From Longimicrobiales bacterium (GTDB taxonomy: Bacteria; Gemmatimonadota; Gemmatimonadetes; Longimicrobiales; Gaopeijiaceae): a DNA stretch of 64,000 nucleotides. Below the pieces are notes generated by a model. The model was not told the origin of the DNA, ran no database searches, and saw nothing but the letters and a program-made list of their open reading frames with translations. Of this stretch, positions 19,221-28,522 are shown piece after piece (positions within the stretch are counted from its first letter, which is position 1; each line of letters opens with the position of its first letter). The translations under genes were made by a program, and so were the position numbers. The stretch is taken from NCBI GenBank assembly GCA_965248195.1, contig CBDFIQ010000002.1, forward strand, positions 2,624,001-2,688,000, read 5' to 3'.

Positions 19221-21605
19221 TCAGCCCCCCGGAACGAGCCTCAGAGCGTGGACCGCGTTCTCCTCGACCACCTCCCGGGTGAAGAGGTAGGGGAGGTAGT
19301 CGCCGTTCTTCCACTCGTCGAGGAGGCTGTCGTAGTAGGGGCTGCCTGGCTGTCCCGACTGGCCCGGAGCGTTGAGGACCCGGGAGTCGTCCCAGTTCGT
19401 GAGGTCGATGATCTGCTTGTACGTCCCTCCATTTGAAGAGACGGTGCCCGCCCCGCCCCTCCGCTCGACGGCCGGCAGGTCGAAGGCAGCGGTGAGGGGG
19501 TGTTCGAAGGGAACCCGGTTGCTCCGGCCCCACCGCCACTCGGCCGGATCACTCCCTTGTTCGACGGACAGGCTGTCGAGCGCCATCCTGAGAGCGCTCG
19601 CCACCGCCTCCCCGGAAACTTGATCGGGAACGGACGCATCGGGGTGGTTTCGTTCGAGGATTCGGCTCCAGGTGAAATAGACCGCGGCCGCAGCGCTCTC
19701 CTCGGCCAAGACGTGGTCCCACTCGGAGAGGAGCTGGCGTGCTTGCTCCACCTCCGGATCGTCCGCGGTCCATCCCGCAAAAAGAACAGCCGCCTCTGCC
19801 GCCTCGAAGTGATAGGCGTCGAGCTGTAGCCGGATGTTGTCCTCGATCGAGAACCCCGCGCTGTCGGATAGGATGTCGACGAGCCGCTCGAATCTCCGGT
19901 AGGGCGGGACCTTGAACATGATGGGCGGAGCGAACCCCTCGGGCTGAATGTTGTGGTTCGCCGTGGCGATCCAGCCCCTGTCCGGATTGTACTCCTCCGG
20001 CAGGTCTTCGCGGAAGCCCCGCCACTCATACTCTCCGGTGCCGGGCACCGGAAGTCGGCCATGCCAGCGGCCGCCCCGATCGGGGGTCAGAGCCGCCGCC
20101 CTCCAGGCGATGTTCCCTTCGACGTCCCCACAGATCATGTTCTCGGACGGCGTCTTCCAGTGGTCCATCGCCTCCAGGAACTCCCGGCAGTTCTGCACCT
20201 GGTCGACCCGTAGCGAGCCCATGTAGTGGGCCGTCCCCGGCTCGTGGAGGACGGTCCTCAGCGCATAGGCGTAGTGATTCTCGGTGTCCTCGTACACGAT
20301 GGGCCCGTGGCGGCTGTACTTGAGCTCCACCACCCGGGGCGCCTCACCCCGGATCAATATCGTGTCGACGACCACCCGAAGATTCTCCCATTCGCCTTGC
20401 CACCGCACCTGGTTCTGGTTCTCGGGGTTCACCATCTCCTGGTATAGGTCGTCCTGGTCGGTGCCGACGATGGTGAGGCCCCACGCCACTCGGTCGTTGT
20501 GCCCGATGGCCACCCCGGGAAGGGAGGGCTCGCCCGAGCCGATCACGTTCCATCCGGGGGCGTTCAGGTGGATGATGTAGCGGAGGGACGGGTTCGAGAT
20601 CTGTCGGTGGGGATCGTTAGCAAGAATCACCCCTCCCGTGGTCGTCATCCTTGGGGAGAGCACCCAGTTGTTGCTCCCGGGCTCTTCTCGGAAGGCCTCC
20701 GGAAGATAGGGGAGCGGCCGATCGAGAAGGTCCAGCATCGAGAACCTCGCGGCGATCCCGGCCGTCCCCTGAGGTCCCAGCTCGCTTCGAAAAAAGGAGG
20801 TCCCGGCCGTTCGAGGGGCCGCAGATACTTCATACTCTGGAAGCACCGGAGCCCGGAGAATCTGGTCGAAGTCCCCACTCAAGGCATCGATGATCGCATC
20901 CGCGTGTTCGGCGATGGCCTCCAGGTCAAGTCCCCGGGGAATCTCGAGAGGAACGTAGGGGTCCGGCGTGCGGCGGCGATTCGCTTCCTCCACGCCCAAC
21001 TGCACGACGTCCCGGGCGAGCTGAACCTCCTGCTGGGCTCTCCGCGCGGCGCGCTGGATGAGACGGAGAGAGGAGAGATCCGCGGTCCACGGGTCGGGCC
21101 GAGTGCCCGTGATCTTGAACTCCACCGGCAGGTTGTCGCCTCGATGTTCGATGTACGCGTTCACCCCGTCGGCGAACGAGGCGAAGATGCGCTCGGCTTC
21201 AGGATGGTAGCTGGCGAGGTCCTCTGATCGGGAACCGCGATACTTCATGAGGCGGTAGAGCCGGTCGGTCTCGAAGCGTTCCGGTCCCACGATTTCGGAC
21301 GCCCTTCCCCCTGCGTATCGGCGCCAGACGTCGATCTCCCACAGCCGGTCCTGGGCGGCCACGAACCCTTGTGCGAAGAAGAGATCTTCCTGGTTATTCG
21401 CATAGATGTGGGCGATCCCCGCGGGATCCCGGATCACTTGCACCTCGTTGCGGAGGCCGGGGACGCGGATGTCCCCGTCGAGCTGGGATAGGGAGCTGTG
21501 GGCCATCTCGTTGAGCTGCGCATCGACGCGTGATGCCCCATCACCCTCCCCGGTGCTGCAGCCGGCAAGGATGAAAACCGGTAGGATGAGGAACAGGGAT
21601 TTCAA
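19221..21605 (-). CDS. Penicillin acylase family Ntn-hydrolase, lipoprotein
   Basis: GIAHIYA, FFAQGFVAAQDRLW, catalytic GSNNW, LANDPH and PGQSG.PGSPYY motifs. TTG start at 21605 inferred from the lipobox LAGC. Confidence 0.93.
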   Translation of the reverse strand: MKSLFLILPVFILAGCSTGEGDGASRVDAQLNEMAHSSLSQLDGDIRVPGLRNEVQVIRDPAGIAHIYANNQEDLFFAQGFVAAQDRLWEIDVWRRYAGGRASEIVGPERFETDRLYRLMKYRGSRSEDLASYHPEAERIFASFADGVNAYIEHRGDNLPVEFKITGTRPDPWTADLSSLRLIQRAARRAQQEVQLARDVVQLGVEEANRRRTPDPYVPLEIPRGLDLEAIAEHADAIIDALSGDFDQILRAPVLPEYEVSAAPRTAGTSFFRSELGPQGTAGIAARFSMLDLLDRPLPYLPEAFREEPGSNNWVLSPRMTTTGGVILANDPHRQISNPSLRYIIHLNAPGWNVIGSGEPSLPGVAIGHNDRVAWGLTIVGTDQDDLYQEMVNPENQNQVRWQGEWENLRVVVDTILIRGEAPRVVELKYSRHGPIVYEDTENHYAYALRTVLHEPGTAHYMGSLRVDQVQNCREFLEAMDHWKTPSENMICGDVEGNIAWRAAALTPDRGGRWHGRLPVPGTGEYEWRGFREDLPEEYNPDRGWIATANHNIQPEGFAPPIMFKVPPYRRFERLVDILSDSAGFSIEDNIRLQLDAYHFEAAEAAVLFAGWTADDPEVEQARQLLSEWDHVLAEESAAAAVYFTWSRILERNHPDASVPDQVSGEAVASALRMALDSLSVEQGSDPAEWRWGRSNRVPFEHPLTAAFDLPAVERRGGAGTVSSNGGTYKQIIDLTNWDDSRVLNAPGQSGQPGSPYYDSLLDEWKNGDYLPYLFTREVVEENAVHALRLVPGG

Positions 21606-21700
21606 AGGCCTTGTCCTAGCGAGAGTGAAGGGATAGGGATTCCATGGTAGCCTCGATCCGTGCGAGGGGGAAGAGAAACCAGAACCGAGTGGAGGTGAAC

Positions 21701-22873
21701 GTGTCGTCACCAGGAACAGAGCATCCCTCGAGAGCGTCCTTGCTCCACCTTTTCTCCTGCATCACCATGCTGGCGGGCACGGCCTGTACCGAGCCGGATT
21801 CCAGCGCTTCGGGCAGCAGCATCGAGGCCGATCACTTCGTGCCTTCGCGCCCGGAGACGGTGAGCTGGGGCTGGTATCCCATCGACAAGGAGCCCGTGCT
21901 CCGGATCCGGTCCGGAGAGACGGTCCGCATCAACACGCTGACCCACGCGGGGTCCACTCAGCAAGCCGAGCCGGTGGAGTACCTCACGGGACTCGATATA
22001 CCACGCGATGAGATCCATCAGGATGTGCTTGATTTTTGGGCGTCGAGAGAGGGGCGGCCGAGAGAAGGGCGGAGCGGCCACGTCATCACCGGACCGGTCT
22101 ACGTCGAGGGGGCCGAGCCGGGTGACATGCTCGAGGTGCAGATTCTCGCCGTCGAGACGCGCGTGCCCTGGGGGATCAACAACACGAGCTCCGGCGGGGG
22201 CGTATTCTCGGCCAGCTACCCGGGAGTGGAGGCCGACGACCCACTCCTGGACATCGCACCGGGGACGCGGCACGTGATTCGCACCGGAATGGTCGACGGC
22301 CGTGAGGTCGCGCTTTTCTCGCCCGACATCCAAGTGCCTCTGGCGCCCTTCATGGGGATCCTGGCGGTCGCGCCCGCTCCGGTAGTGGGCGAGCCCGGCG
22401 TGACGGTGCCCGGCGTCCAGAGCTCGAGGCCCCCGGGCGCCTTCGGCGGCAACATGGACGTGAAGGACCTCAAGGTCGGGACCACGCTCTACCTCCCGGT
22501 TTTCCATCCCGGAGCGCTCTTTTATGCGGGCGACCCGCACGGCGCCCAGGGCGACGGGGAGGTGAGCGGAACAGCGATCGAGCAGTCACTCGCGGGGGTG
22601 TTCCGCTTCATCGTGCACAAGGGCGTCACCATCTCAGGCCCACGCGCCGAGACCGACACGCACTACATGATCATGGGGATCGACCTCGATCTCGATCGCG
22701 CCACGCGGCAGGCTACCTGGGAGGTCGTCGACTTCCTGGTGAAAGAGAAGGGGCTCACGCCCGCCAAGGCGCTCTCGCTCGCGAGCATCGCCGTGGATTT
22801 CCGCGTGAGCGAGGTGGTGGACCTCACGCAGGTGGTCACGGGCTATATCCCGAAGGACATCTTCCTGCGGTAG
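21701..22873 (+). CDS. Acetamidase/formamidase family protein, probable lipoprotein
   Basis: GHVITGPVYVEGAEPGD, FGGNMD and GDPHGAQGDGEVSGTAIE motifs; GGAGG before GTG at 21701; possible lipobox GTAC. Start is uncertain. Confidence 0.9.
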   Translation: MSSPGTEHPSRASLLHLFSCITMLAGTACTEPDSSASGSSIEADHFVPSRPETVSWGWYPIDKEPVLRIRSGETVRINTLTHAGSTQQAEPVEYLTGLDIPRDEIHQDVLDFWASREGRPREGRSGHVITGPVYVEGAEPGDMLEVQILAVETRVPWGINNTSSGGGVFSASYPGVEADDPLLDIAPGTRHVIRTGMVDGREVALFSPDIQVPLAPFMGILAVAPAPVVGEPGVTVPGVQSSRPPGAFGGNMDVKDLKVGTTLYLPVFHPGALFYAGDPHGAQGDGEVSGTAIEQSLAGVFRFIVHKGVTISGPRAETDTHYMIMGIDLDLDRATRQATWEVVDFLVKEKGLTPAKALSLASIAVDFRVSEVVDLTQVVTGYIPKDIFLR

Positions 22874-22977
22874 CCGGGCTGTTCGCTTGCTGGCGGAATG
22901 GCTAGATCACATATTCGTTCGCGTTTCGGGCTTGAAGCCGTTTCCCCTGAAGTTCACCATCGGTGGCCGGTGCTGCG

Positions 22978-23730
22978 ATGAAGCCCCGTCTTGTGTTTCG
23001 TTGGCTCCTTCTTGTCGTGCTTTGCCTTCCCACCGTCCTCGCGGCTCAGTCTGCGGAGATGGAACAGGGCAAGCGGCTGTTCGAGAGCCAATGCGGAAGC
23101 TGCCACGGACCTCTGGGGAATGGCGGCAAAGGTGCCAATCTGGCGCAACCACGGCTTCGCCGTGCGACAGATGATCAGGCGCTCCTCACGATCATTCGCC
23201 GCGGCATCTCCGGTACCGAGATGCCCGGCTCGTTCCTCACCCCCAGCCAGGTCTCGAGTATTGCCACCTACGTGAAAACGCTAGGTCGCGTCGTGCCGGA
23301 AAATATCCCGGGAGATGCGGACCGCGGTGAAGGGGTTTACGCCTCGCTCGACTGCGGGGTGTGCCACACTCTGGGCGGTCAGGGTGGCATCCTGGGCCCC
23401 GTCCTCGATGACATCGGCGCGCGCCGGAGCGCGGCCCATTTGCGGGAGGCGCTCATCGAGCCCGAGGCCTTTTTGCCCCACGGCTTTCTCCTGCTCCAGG
23501 TCGTCACAAAGGATGGGCGCACCCTGACCGGCACCCGGGTTAATGAAGATGGGTTCTCGATCCAGTTCAGAGATCCTGCCGGCGGGATCCATTCGTTCTG
23601 GAAAGACGAGCTCGATACCCTCGACAAGATGTGGCAGCGCTCGCCGATGGTAAGCTACCAAGCGAGATTGACCACGAGGCAGACGGATGATCTCGTCGCC
23701 TATCTGGTTTCGCTCAAAGGAGCCTCATGA
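22978..23730 (+). CDS. Dihaem c-type cytochrome
   Basis: Signal peptide, CGSCH and CGVCH motifs, GTEMP and SPM distal Met; ATGA overlap with the PQQ dehydrogenase. Confidence 0.9.
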   Translation: MKPRLVFRWLLLVVLCLPTVLAAQSAEMEQGKRLFESQCGSCHGPLGNGGKGANLAQPRLRRATDDQALLTIIRRGISGTEMPGSFLTPSQVSSIATYVKTLGRVVPENIPGDADRGEGVYASLDCGVCHTLGGQGGILGPVLDDIGARRSAAHLREALIEPEAFLPHGFLLLQVVTKDGRTLTGTRVNEDGFSIQFRDPAGGIHSFWKDELDTLDKMWQRSPMVSYQARLTTRQTDDLVAYLVSLKGAS

Positions 23731-25349
23731 GGACACTCTTGCTGCTGTGCGCAACTGCTGCGTCCGCGGCAGGGTCCGTGGGGGCTGTGGCTGTAGCGGC
23801 TCTTCCCGTAGCGGCCCAGGTTTCCTACGAGCGGATATTGGACGCGGCGTCCGAACCGGGCAGCTGGCTGACCTACTCCGGATCGTATGGGGCACAGCGC
23901 TACTCCACGCTCGACCAGATCGACCGTGACAATGTCCATCGGCTTCAGCCGGCGTGGATCTATCAGGTCCGATCGACTCAGAAGTTCGAGGTTTCGCCGC
24001 TCGTCGTGGACGGCGTCATGTACATCACTGAGGCGCCGAGCGATGCCACCGCACTGGACCTACGTACGGGACGTCCCCTGTGGAGTTACCGCCGTTCCCT
24101 CCCCCAGGGTATCGTGACCTGTTGCGGGCAGGTGAATCGCGGTGTGGCGCTCCTCGACGATCAGGTCTTTCTCGGCACGGTCGATGCCCATCTGGTCGCG
24201 CTCGACAGGAGGACCGGTCGAGTGCGCTGGGACGTCGAAGTCGCGGAGCACACCGAGGGATACGCGATTACCGTGGCGCCGCTCGCATTGGACGACAAGA
24301 TCATCGTCGGCATCGCGGGCGGTGAGTACGGCATCCGTGGCTTCCTCGACGCCTATGATCCGATCACCGGCGAGCGGTTGTGGCGTTTCTGGACCGTTCC
24401 TGGGCCGGGCGAGCCTGGCCACGACACGTGGTCGGGCGACAGTTGGGAACGAGGTGGGGCTCCGACCTGGGTCACGGGCGCGTATGATCCCGAGCTCAAT
24501 CTTCTGTATTGGGGGACGGGAAATCCGGGGCCCGACTTCATCGGCGAGGTACGGGAGGGCGACAACCTCTACTCCGAGTCCCTGATCGCGCTAGACCCCG
24601 ACAGCGGGGAGCTGAAGTGGTACTTCCAGTTTCTCCCACACGACGTTCATGACTACGACTCGACTCAGATTCCGGTGCTCCTCGACGCCGAGTTCGAAGG
24701 CGAGCCGAGAAAGCTCTTGGTGTTCCCGAACCGGAACGGCTTCTACTACGTGCTCGACCGGGTCACGGGCGAGTTCCTGGTCGGAAAGCAGTTCGCGAAG
24801 CAGACGTGGGCCCTGGGGTTGGACGAAAACGGGCGACCCATCGAGGACCCCGCTTCGATACCCAGCCGGGAGGGAGCTCTCGTTTATCCCGACGACGATG
24901 GGGCGGCCAATTGGTACAGCCCGACTTACAGCCCGCAGACCAACCTCATCTATCAAAACGTCCGTGAAAAGGGCGCCACCTACTACCTCGCCGACGCAAC
25001 CTACGAGCCGGGGAAGATCTACATGGGCGCGAGCCGGCGCACCGTTACCGGAGAAGACCCCAAGGGATTCCTGCGCGCCCTGAACCCTTTGACGGGGGAT
25101 CTGGTTTGGGAAATCGAGGTGTACTCGCCACCTTGGGCTGGACTCATGTCCACCGCGGGCGGGTTGGTGTTTTCGGGGACGATGGAGGGCGACTTCTTCG
25201 CGGCGGATGCCCAGACGGGCGATGTGCTGTGGCGGTTTCAGACGGGAGGTGCGATCTATGCGAACCCGATTTCATATCTCAGCGAGGGCCGCCAGTTCAT
25301 CACCATCGCCGCAGGGAGCGCACTCTTCAACTTCGCACTACCGGAGTAA
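23727..25349 (+). CDS. PQQ-dependent alcohol dehydrogenase (methanol/ethanol family)
   Basis: Vicinal CC in TCCGQVNRG, GGEYGIRGF, YWGTGNP, PHDVHDYD and repeated Trp-docking motifs. Confidence 0.93.
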   Translation: MRTLLLLCATAASAAGSVGAVAVAALPVAAQVSYERILDAASEPGSWLTYSGSYGAQRYSTLDQIDRDNVHRLQPAWIYQVRSTQKFEVSPLVVDGVMYITEAPSDATALDLRTGRPLWSYRRSLPQGIVTCCGQVNRGVALLDDQVFLGTVDAHLVALDRRTGRVRWDVEVAEHTEGYAITVAPLALDDKIIVGIAGGEYGIRGFLDAYDPITGERLWRFWTVPGPGEPGHDTWSGDSWERGGAPTWVTGAYDPELNLLYWGTGNPGPDFIGEVREGDNLYSESLIALDPDSGELKWYFQFLPHDVHDYDSTQIPVLLDAEFEGEPRKLLVFPNRNGFYYVLDRVTGEFLVGKQFAKQTWALGLDENGRPIEDPASIPSREGALVYPDDDGAANWYSPTYSPQTNLIYQNVREKGATYYLADATYEPGKIYMGASRRTVTGEDPKGFLRALNPLTGDLVWEIEVYSPPWAGLMSTAGGLVFSGTMEGDFFAADAQTGDVLWRFQTGGAIYANPISYLSEGRQFITIAAGSALFNFALPE

Positions 25350-25390
25350 GCTAAACGAATGGTTTGATTCCTTCTTTCTGGAGAAGTCCC

Positions 25391-26629
25391 GTGAACAGAA
25401 AATTCGTGTCCCGTCGCCGTTTCTTGCAGAGCGCCGGTGCGGCAGCCGTTGTGGTTCCGACGTCCGTTAAGGGGTACACTACGGCCGAGATGCGCTCCTT
25501 CAGCTCGGATGACGTGATGGAGCTCGACGTATCGAAATGGGAGCTCGACACGCCAGCTCTGTGCGTCGACCTCGATGCGCTCGAGGCCAACCTGGCCACG
25601 ATGCAGCAGACGGTCTTACGCAACGGCATCGCCAGTCGTCCTCACGCAAAGACCCACAAGTGTCCGGCCATCGCTCGGATGCAGCTGGAGACCGGGTCGG
25701 TCGGCATATGCACCGCCAAGGTGAGCGAGGCGATTGCCATGTACGAGCATGGCATCGACCAGATCGTCATGACGACGGTCAACGCGACACCGTTCAAGAT
25801 CGGGCGCGCGATGGATCTGCGGAGATGGTGCCCCGGGTTCGTCCAGGCAACTGACACCCCCGGGAACGCCCGCGATCTGTCCGAGGCGGCGCAAGCCGCG
25901 GGTCTCCTGGCGGACGTCGTGGTCGACATCGATGCGGGGGGGCATCGCACCGGCATCACCGCGGGGCAACCGGCGCTAGCGTTGGCTCAGCTGATCGACC
26001 AGCTGCCTGGGCTCCGGCTGCGAGGGATGCTGTGTTACGACGGTGGCTCGCAACACGTGAATGGATTCGAGACCCGCAGGACGCAGACCCTTGAACGACT
26101 CGTTCCAGCCTCCGAGACGTACGACCTGATGCAGCGATCGGGTCTGAGCACGGAAATCTTCAGCGGGGGCGGCACCGGTACGTACAACATCGACCACGAG
26201 ACCCGGGGGCTCACCGACATCCAGGTGGGCAGCTACGTCTTCATGGACGCCCAGTACCTGGCGATCGGCGGCGCGACCGACGACGAGGTGTACTCAGACT
26301 TCCAGAATTCGCTGACGATCCTCACGACGGTGCTCAACGCCCAGTACGAGGGAGGAGCCACCACCGACGCGGGCGCTAAGGCCTGTACGATCAATCAGCC
26401 CTGGCCGATCGTCAAAGGCGAGACCGGCATGACCTACCGGTCCGGCTCGGACGAGTTCGGGACGCTCCGCTATGACGACCCCTCGAGGACGTACAGGTTC
26501 GGAGACAAGCTCGAGCTGATCGTGTCGCACTGCGATCCGGTGGTGAACCTCTACGACCAGATGTACGCGGTTCGAAACGACCGGGTCGAAGCCGTCTGGC
26601 GGATCGCCGCACGCGGGATGTCCACGTAG
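25391..26629 (+). CDS. DSD1/D-threonine aldolase-like PLP enzyme (fold type III) with a Tat signal
   Basis: SRRRFLQ twin-arginine motif, LDTPAL.VD, RPHAKTHKC (PLP Lys), SGGGTGT, QVGSYVFMD and HCDPVVNLYD. Confidence 0.9.
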   Translation: MNRKFVSRRRFLQSAGAAAVVVPTSVKGYTTAEMRSFSSDDVMELDVSKWELDTPALCVDLDALEANLATMQQTVLRNGIASRPHAKTHKCPAIARMQLETGSVGICTAKVSEAIAMYEHGIDQIVMTTVNATPFKIGRAMDLRRWCPGFVQATDTPGNARDLSEAAQAAGLLADVVVDIDAGGHRTGITAGQPALALAQLIDQLPGLRLRGMLCYDGGSQHVNGFETRRTQTLERLVPASETYDLMQRSGLSTEIFSGGGTGTYNIDHETRGLTDIQVGSYVFMDAQYLAIGGATDDEVYSDFQNSLTILTTVLNAQYEGGATTDAGAKACTINQPWPIVKGETGMTYRSGSDEFGTLRYDDPSRTYRFGDKLELIVSHCDPVVNLYDQMYAVRNDRVEAVWRIAARGMST

Positions 26630-26659
26630 CGCTCGTCCGGCTGAGGAGGGCCTACGCCG

Positions 26660-27076
26660 GTGACTGGAGGACGGGTGGTCGCTGTCTTGGCCAGTCTTCC
26701 CACTCTGGCTTCGTGCCAGGGGGCGGTCGCACGGTCCAGGGTCCTCTCATTTCTCGAGGCCATTCAGAGGCCCTTCGACCTGCACGACCGGACTTGGCTG
26801 GGCATCCCTGCGGCGCTGCCGGCGCACGTCATTGTCTCGGTTCTGCTCGCCGGCGCGCTCGCTTGGTTCTGGCGTCCCAAGGCCGCCGCGGTCCTCCTGG
26901 GGATCCTGATCCTGGCCAAGGAGACCGTGGACCTGATGATCATCGCTCTCTATGAACCCGTGACCTGGACCTATGCTTCCGGCTCGGTCTTGGACGTTCT
27001 GGCTTCGGTCGCCGGCGCGTGCCTGGGCTTGTGGGTCGGCACTCGGGCTCGACGAAGAGTTGTCGAGAACGACTGA
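26660..27076 (+). CDS. Small hypothetical membrane protein
   Basis: Three hydrophobic helices with H...KE..D...D polar residues, weakly reminiscent of VanZ-like proteins. Confidence 0.55.
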   Translation: MTGGRVVAVLASLPTLASCQGAVARSRVLSFLEAIQRPFDLHDRTWLGIPAALPAHVIVSVLLAGALAWFWRPKAAAVLLGILILAKETVDLMIIALYEPVTWTYASGSVLDVLASVAGACLGLWVGTRARRRVVEND

Positions 27077-27109
27077 GACCAGGAATCCACACGGGGGCAG
27101 GTCACTAAC

Positions 27110-28051
27110 CTAGTTCTCGAGCTTCCGCAGCATCCCTTCCGAGGTGCGCGGGAACGACGAGTGCATAAAGGGACGGCCAAAGAGCCCCTCGACGGGCTCT
27201 AGCGCACGCCTGAAGGACTCGATGGCCAGAGCCGGGTCCGGCTCGGCCTCTCCACTGACGAAGTCCAGTCCGTAGTAAGCCTGGAGGCCGCCCAATGCTT
27301 CCAACTCAAGGTCTGAAAAGAGGTCCGGATCCAGATCGAATCCCGAGCCCAGCTTCGAAAGCCACCCCCGCGCGGCACTGTCGCTCTCCTCCACGCCCTC
27401 TCCGATCGCGTGTATCATACCCAGACGCAGAACCGCCCAGGCGCTGCCTCCGGAATCTGCCGCTCGCCGATACAACTCGATGGCTTCGGCATAAAACGAC
27501 GGATCGTCCGTGTCCGTGTAGAGGTCGGCGAGCGCTTCCGCCGCAGGGTGGTATCCCTGATCGGCTGCCAGCTTGAACCAGCGAAGAGCCACCTCTCGAT
27601 CCTGATCAATCCCCGAAAGTGGAAGGAAGATCCTTCCGGAGTAGACTTGACCCCCTCTCCACTGCGCTTCAGCCGATCCAAGCTCCGCAGCTCTCAGAAC
27701 TACCCGCATGGCCTCACTCGGGTCTGAGCCAAGAAGCATCGTAGATAGTGAGAGTATCGCAGGGATGTGATCTTGTTCGGCCGCACGCGCGTACCACTCC
27801 ATGGCCGTCTCGTAGTCAATCGCGATCCCATCGGCACCGACCTCGAACAGATGGCCATACTCGTACTGGGCGTCCGCGTCGTCCCGGGCCGCGGCGGCCG
27901 CCAAGGAGTCGACGCGTGCGGAAGGAGGGTCGGTCTGAGCACTCGCCGAGTGCGAGAAAAACCCGAACGCAAGGCAAGAGACGAGTACACGGAGCGCCAT
28001 CGCCACCGATGACTTCGCGAGGAAACCGATAGCCGTGATAGTATTTCGCAT
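27110..28051 (-). CDS. SEL1-like repeat (TPR) secreted protein
   Basis: AQYEYG, WYARAAEQDH, AAELGSAEAQ, WFKLAADQGY and LGMIHAIGEGV repeats after a signal peptide. Confidence 0.88.
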   Translation of the reverse strand: MRNTITAIGFLAKSSVAMALRVLVSCLAFGFFSHSASAQTDPPSARVDSLAAAAARDDADAQYEYGHLFEVGADGIAIDYETAMEWYARAAEQDHIPAILSLSTMLLGSDPSEAMRVVLRAAELGSAEAQWRGGQVYSGRIFLPLSGIDQDREVALRWFKLAADQGYHPAAEALADLYTDTDDPSFYAEAIELYRRAADSGGSAWAVLRLGMIHAIGEGVEESDSAARGWLSKLGSGFDLDPDLFSDLELEALGGLQAYYGLDFVSGEAEPDPALAIESFRRALEPVEGLFGRPFMHSSFPRTSEGMLRKLEN

Positions 28052-28107
28052 TGGTCTTCAGCAAGGGGGTCTGAACGGGCGGAGCTTAAATCGACAATAC
28101 GCGTAAC

Positions 28108-28146
28108 ATGAGTCTTTCGCGAGGGAGATGAGTCTTCCGCGAGGGA
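28108..28146. repeat. Tandem direct repeat with a 20-bp period, upstream of the SEL1 gene
   Basis: ATGAGTCTTTCGCGAGGGA and ATGAGTCTTCCGCGAGGGA differ at one position. Confidence 0.75.
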
Positions 28147-28522
28147 TAGGCATCATGGCTCTTTTCCGAGTGCTGCACGCTGCTTGAGCGAGACGAGACA
28201 CCCGAGGAACCTCCCCTTGCGAGGGCCGTGCCCAAGCCAAGGTGCACACCCGCCGTAGGCCCGGGCACGGACGAGACGAGCGGATGCGTGCATGGGCAAG
28301 AGATGCCGGACGGACCCGACCCCGAGTCGGGGACAGCCGGTCCGTAGTCCGTCGGGGCGATGTCTCAGTCGGCTACGGAAGCCGCAGTCGGTTCGCGTGG
28401 ACCAGCATTCGGTGTACGTCTCAAACGTAGGCCCCCGAAAGCATGCTTTGCCCTCATCCAATCGACGGGGTGAAAAGAAGGTTCCCGGGCGGGACTCGGA
28501 GCGGGAGAACCCCGAGCCTCGC

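Noticed and set aside
28108..28175. Direct repeats as a CRISPR array
   Set aside because: Only two adjacent copies, no spacers and no cas genes.
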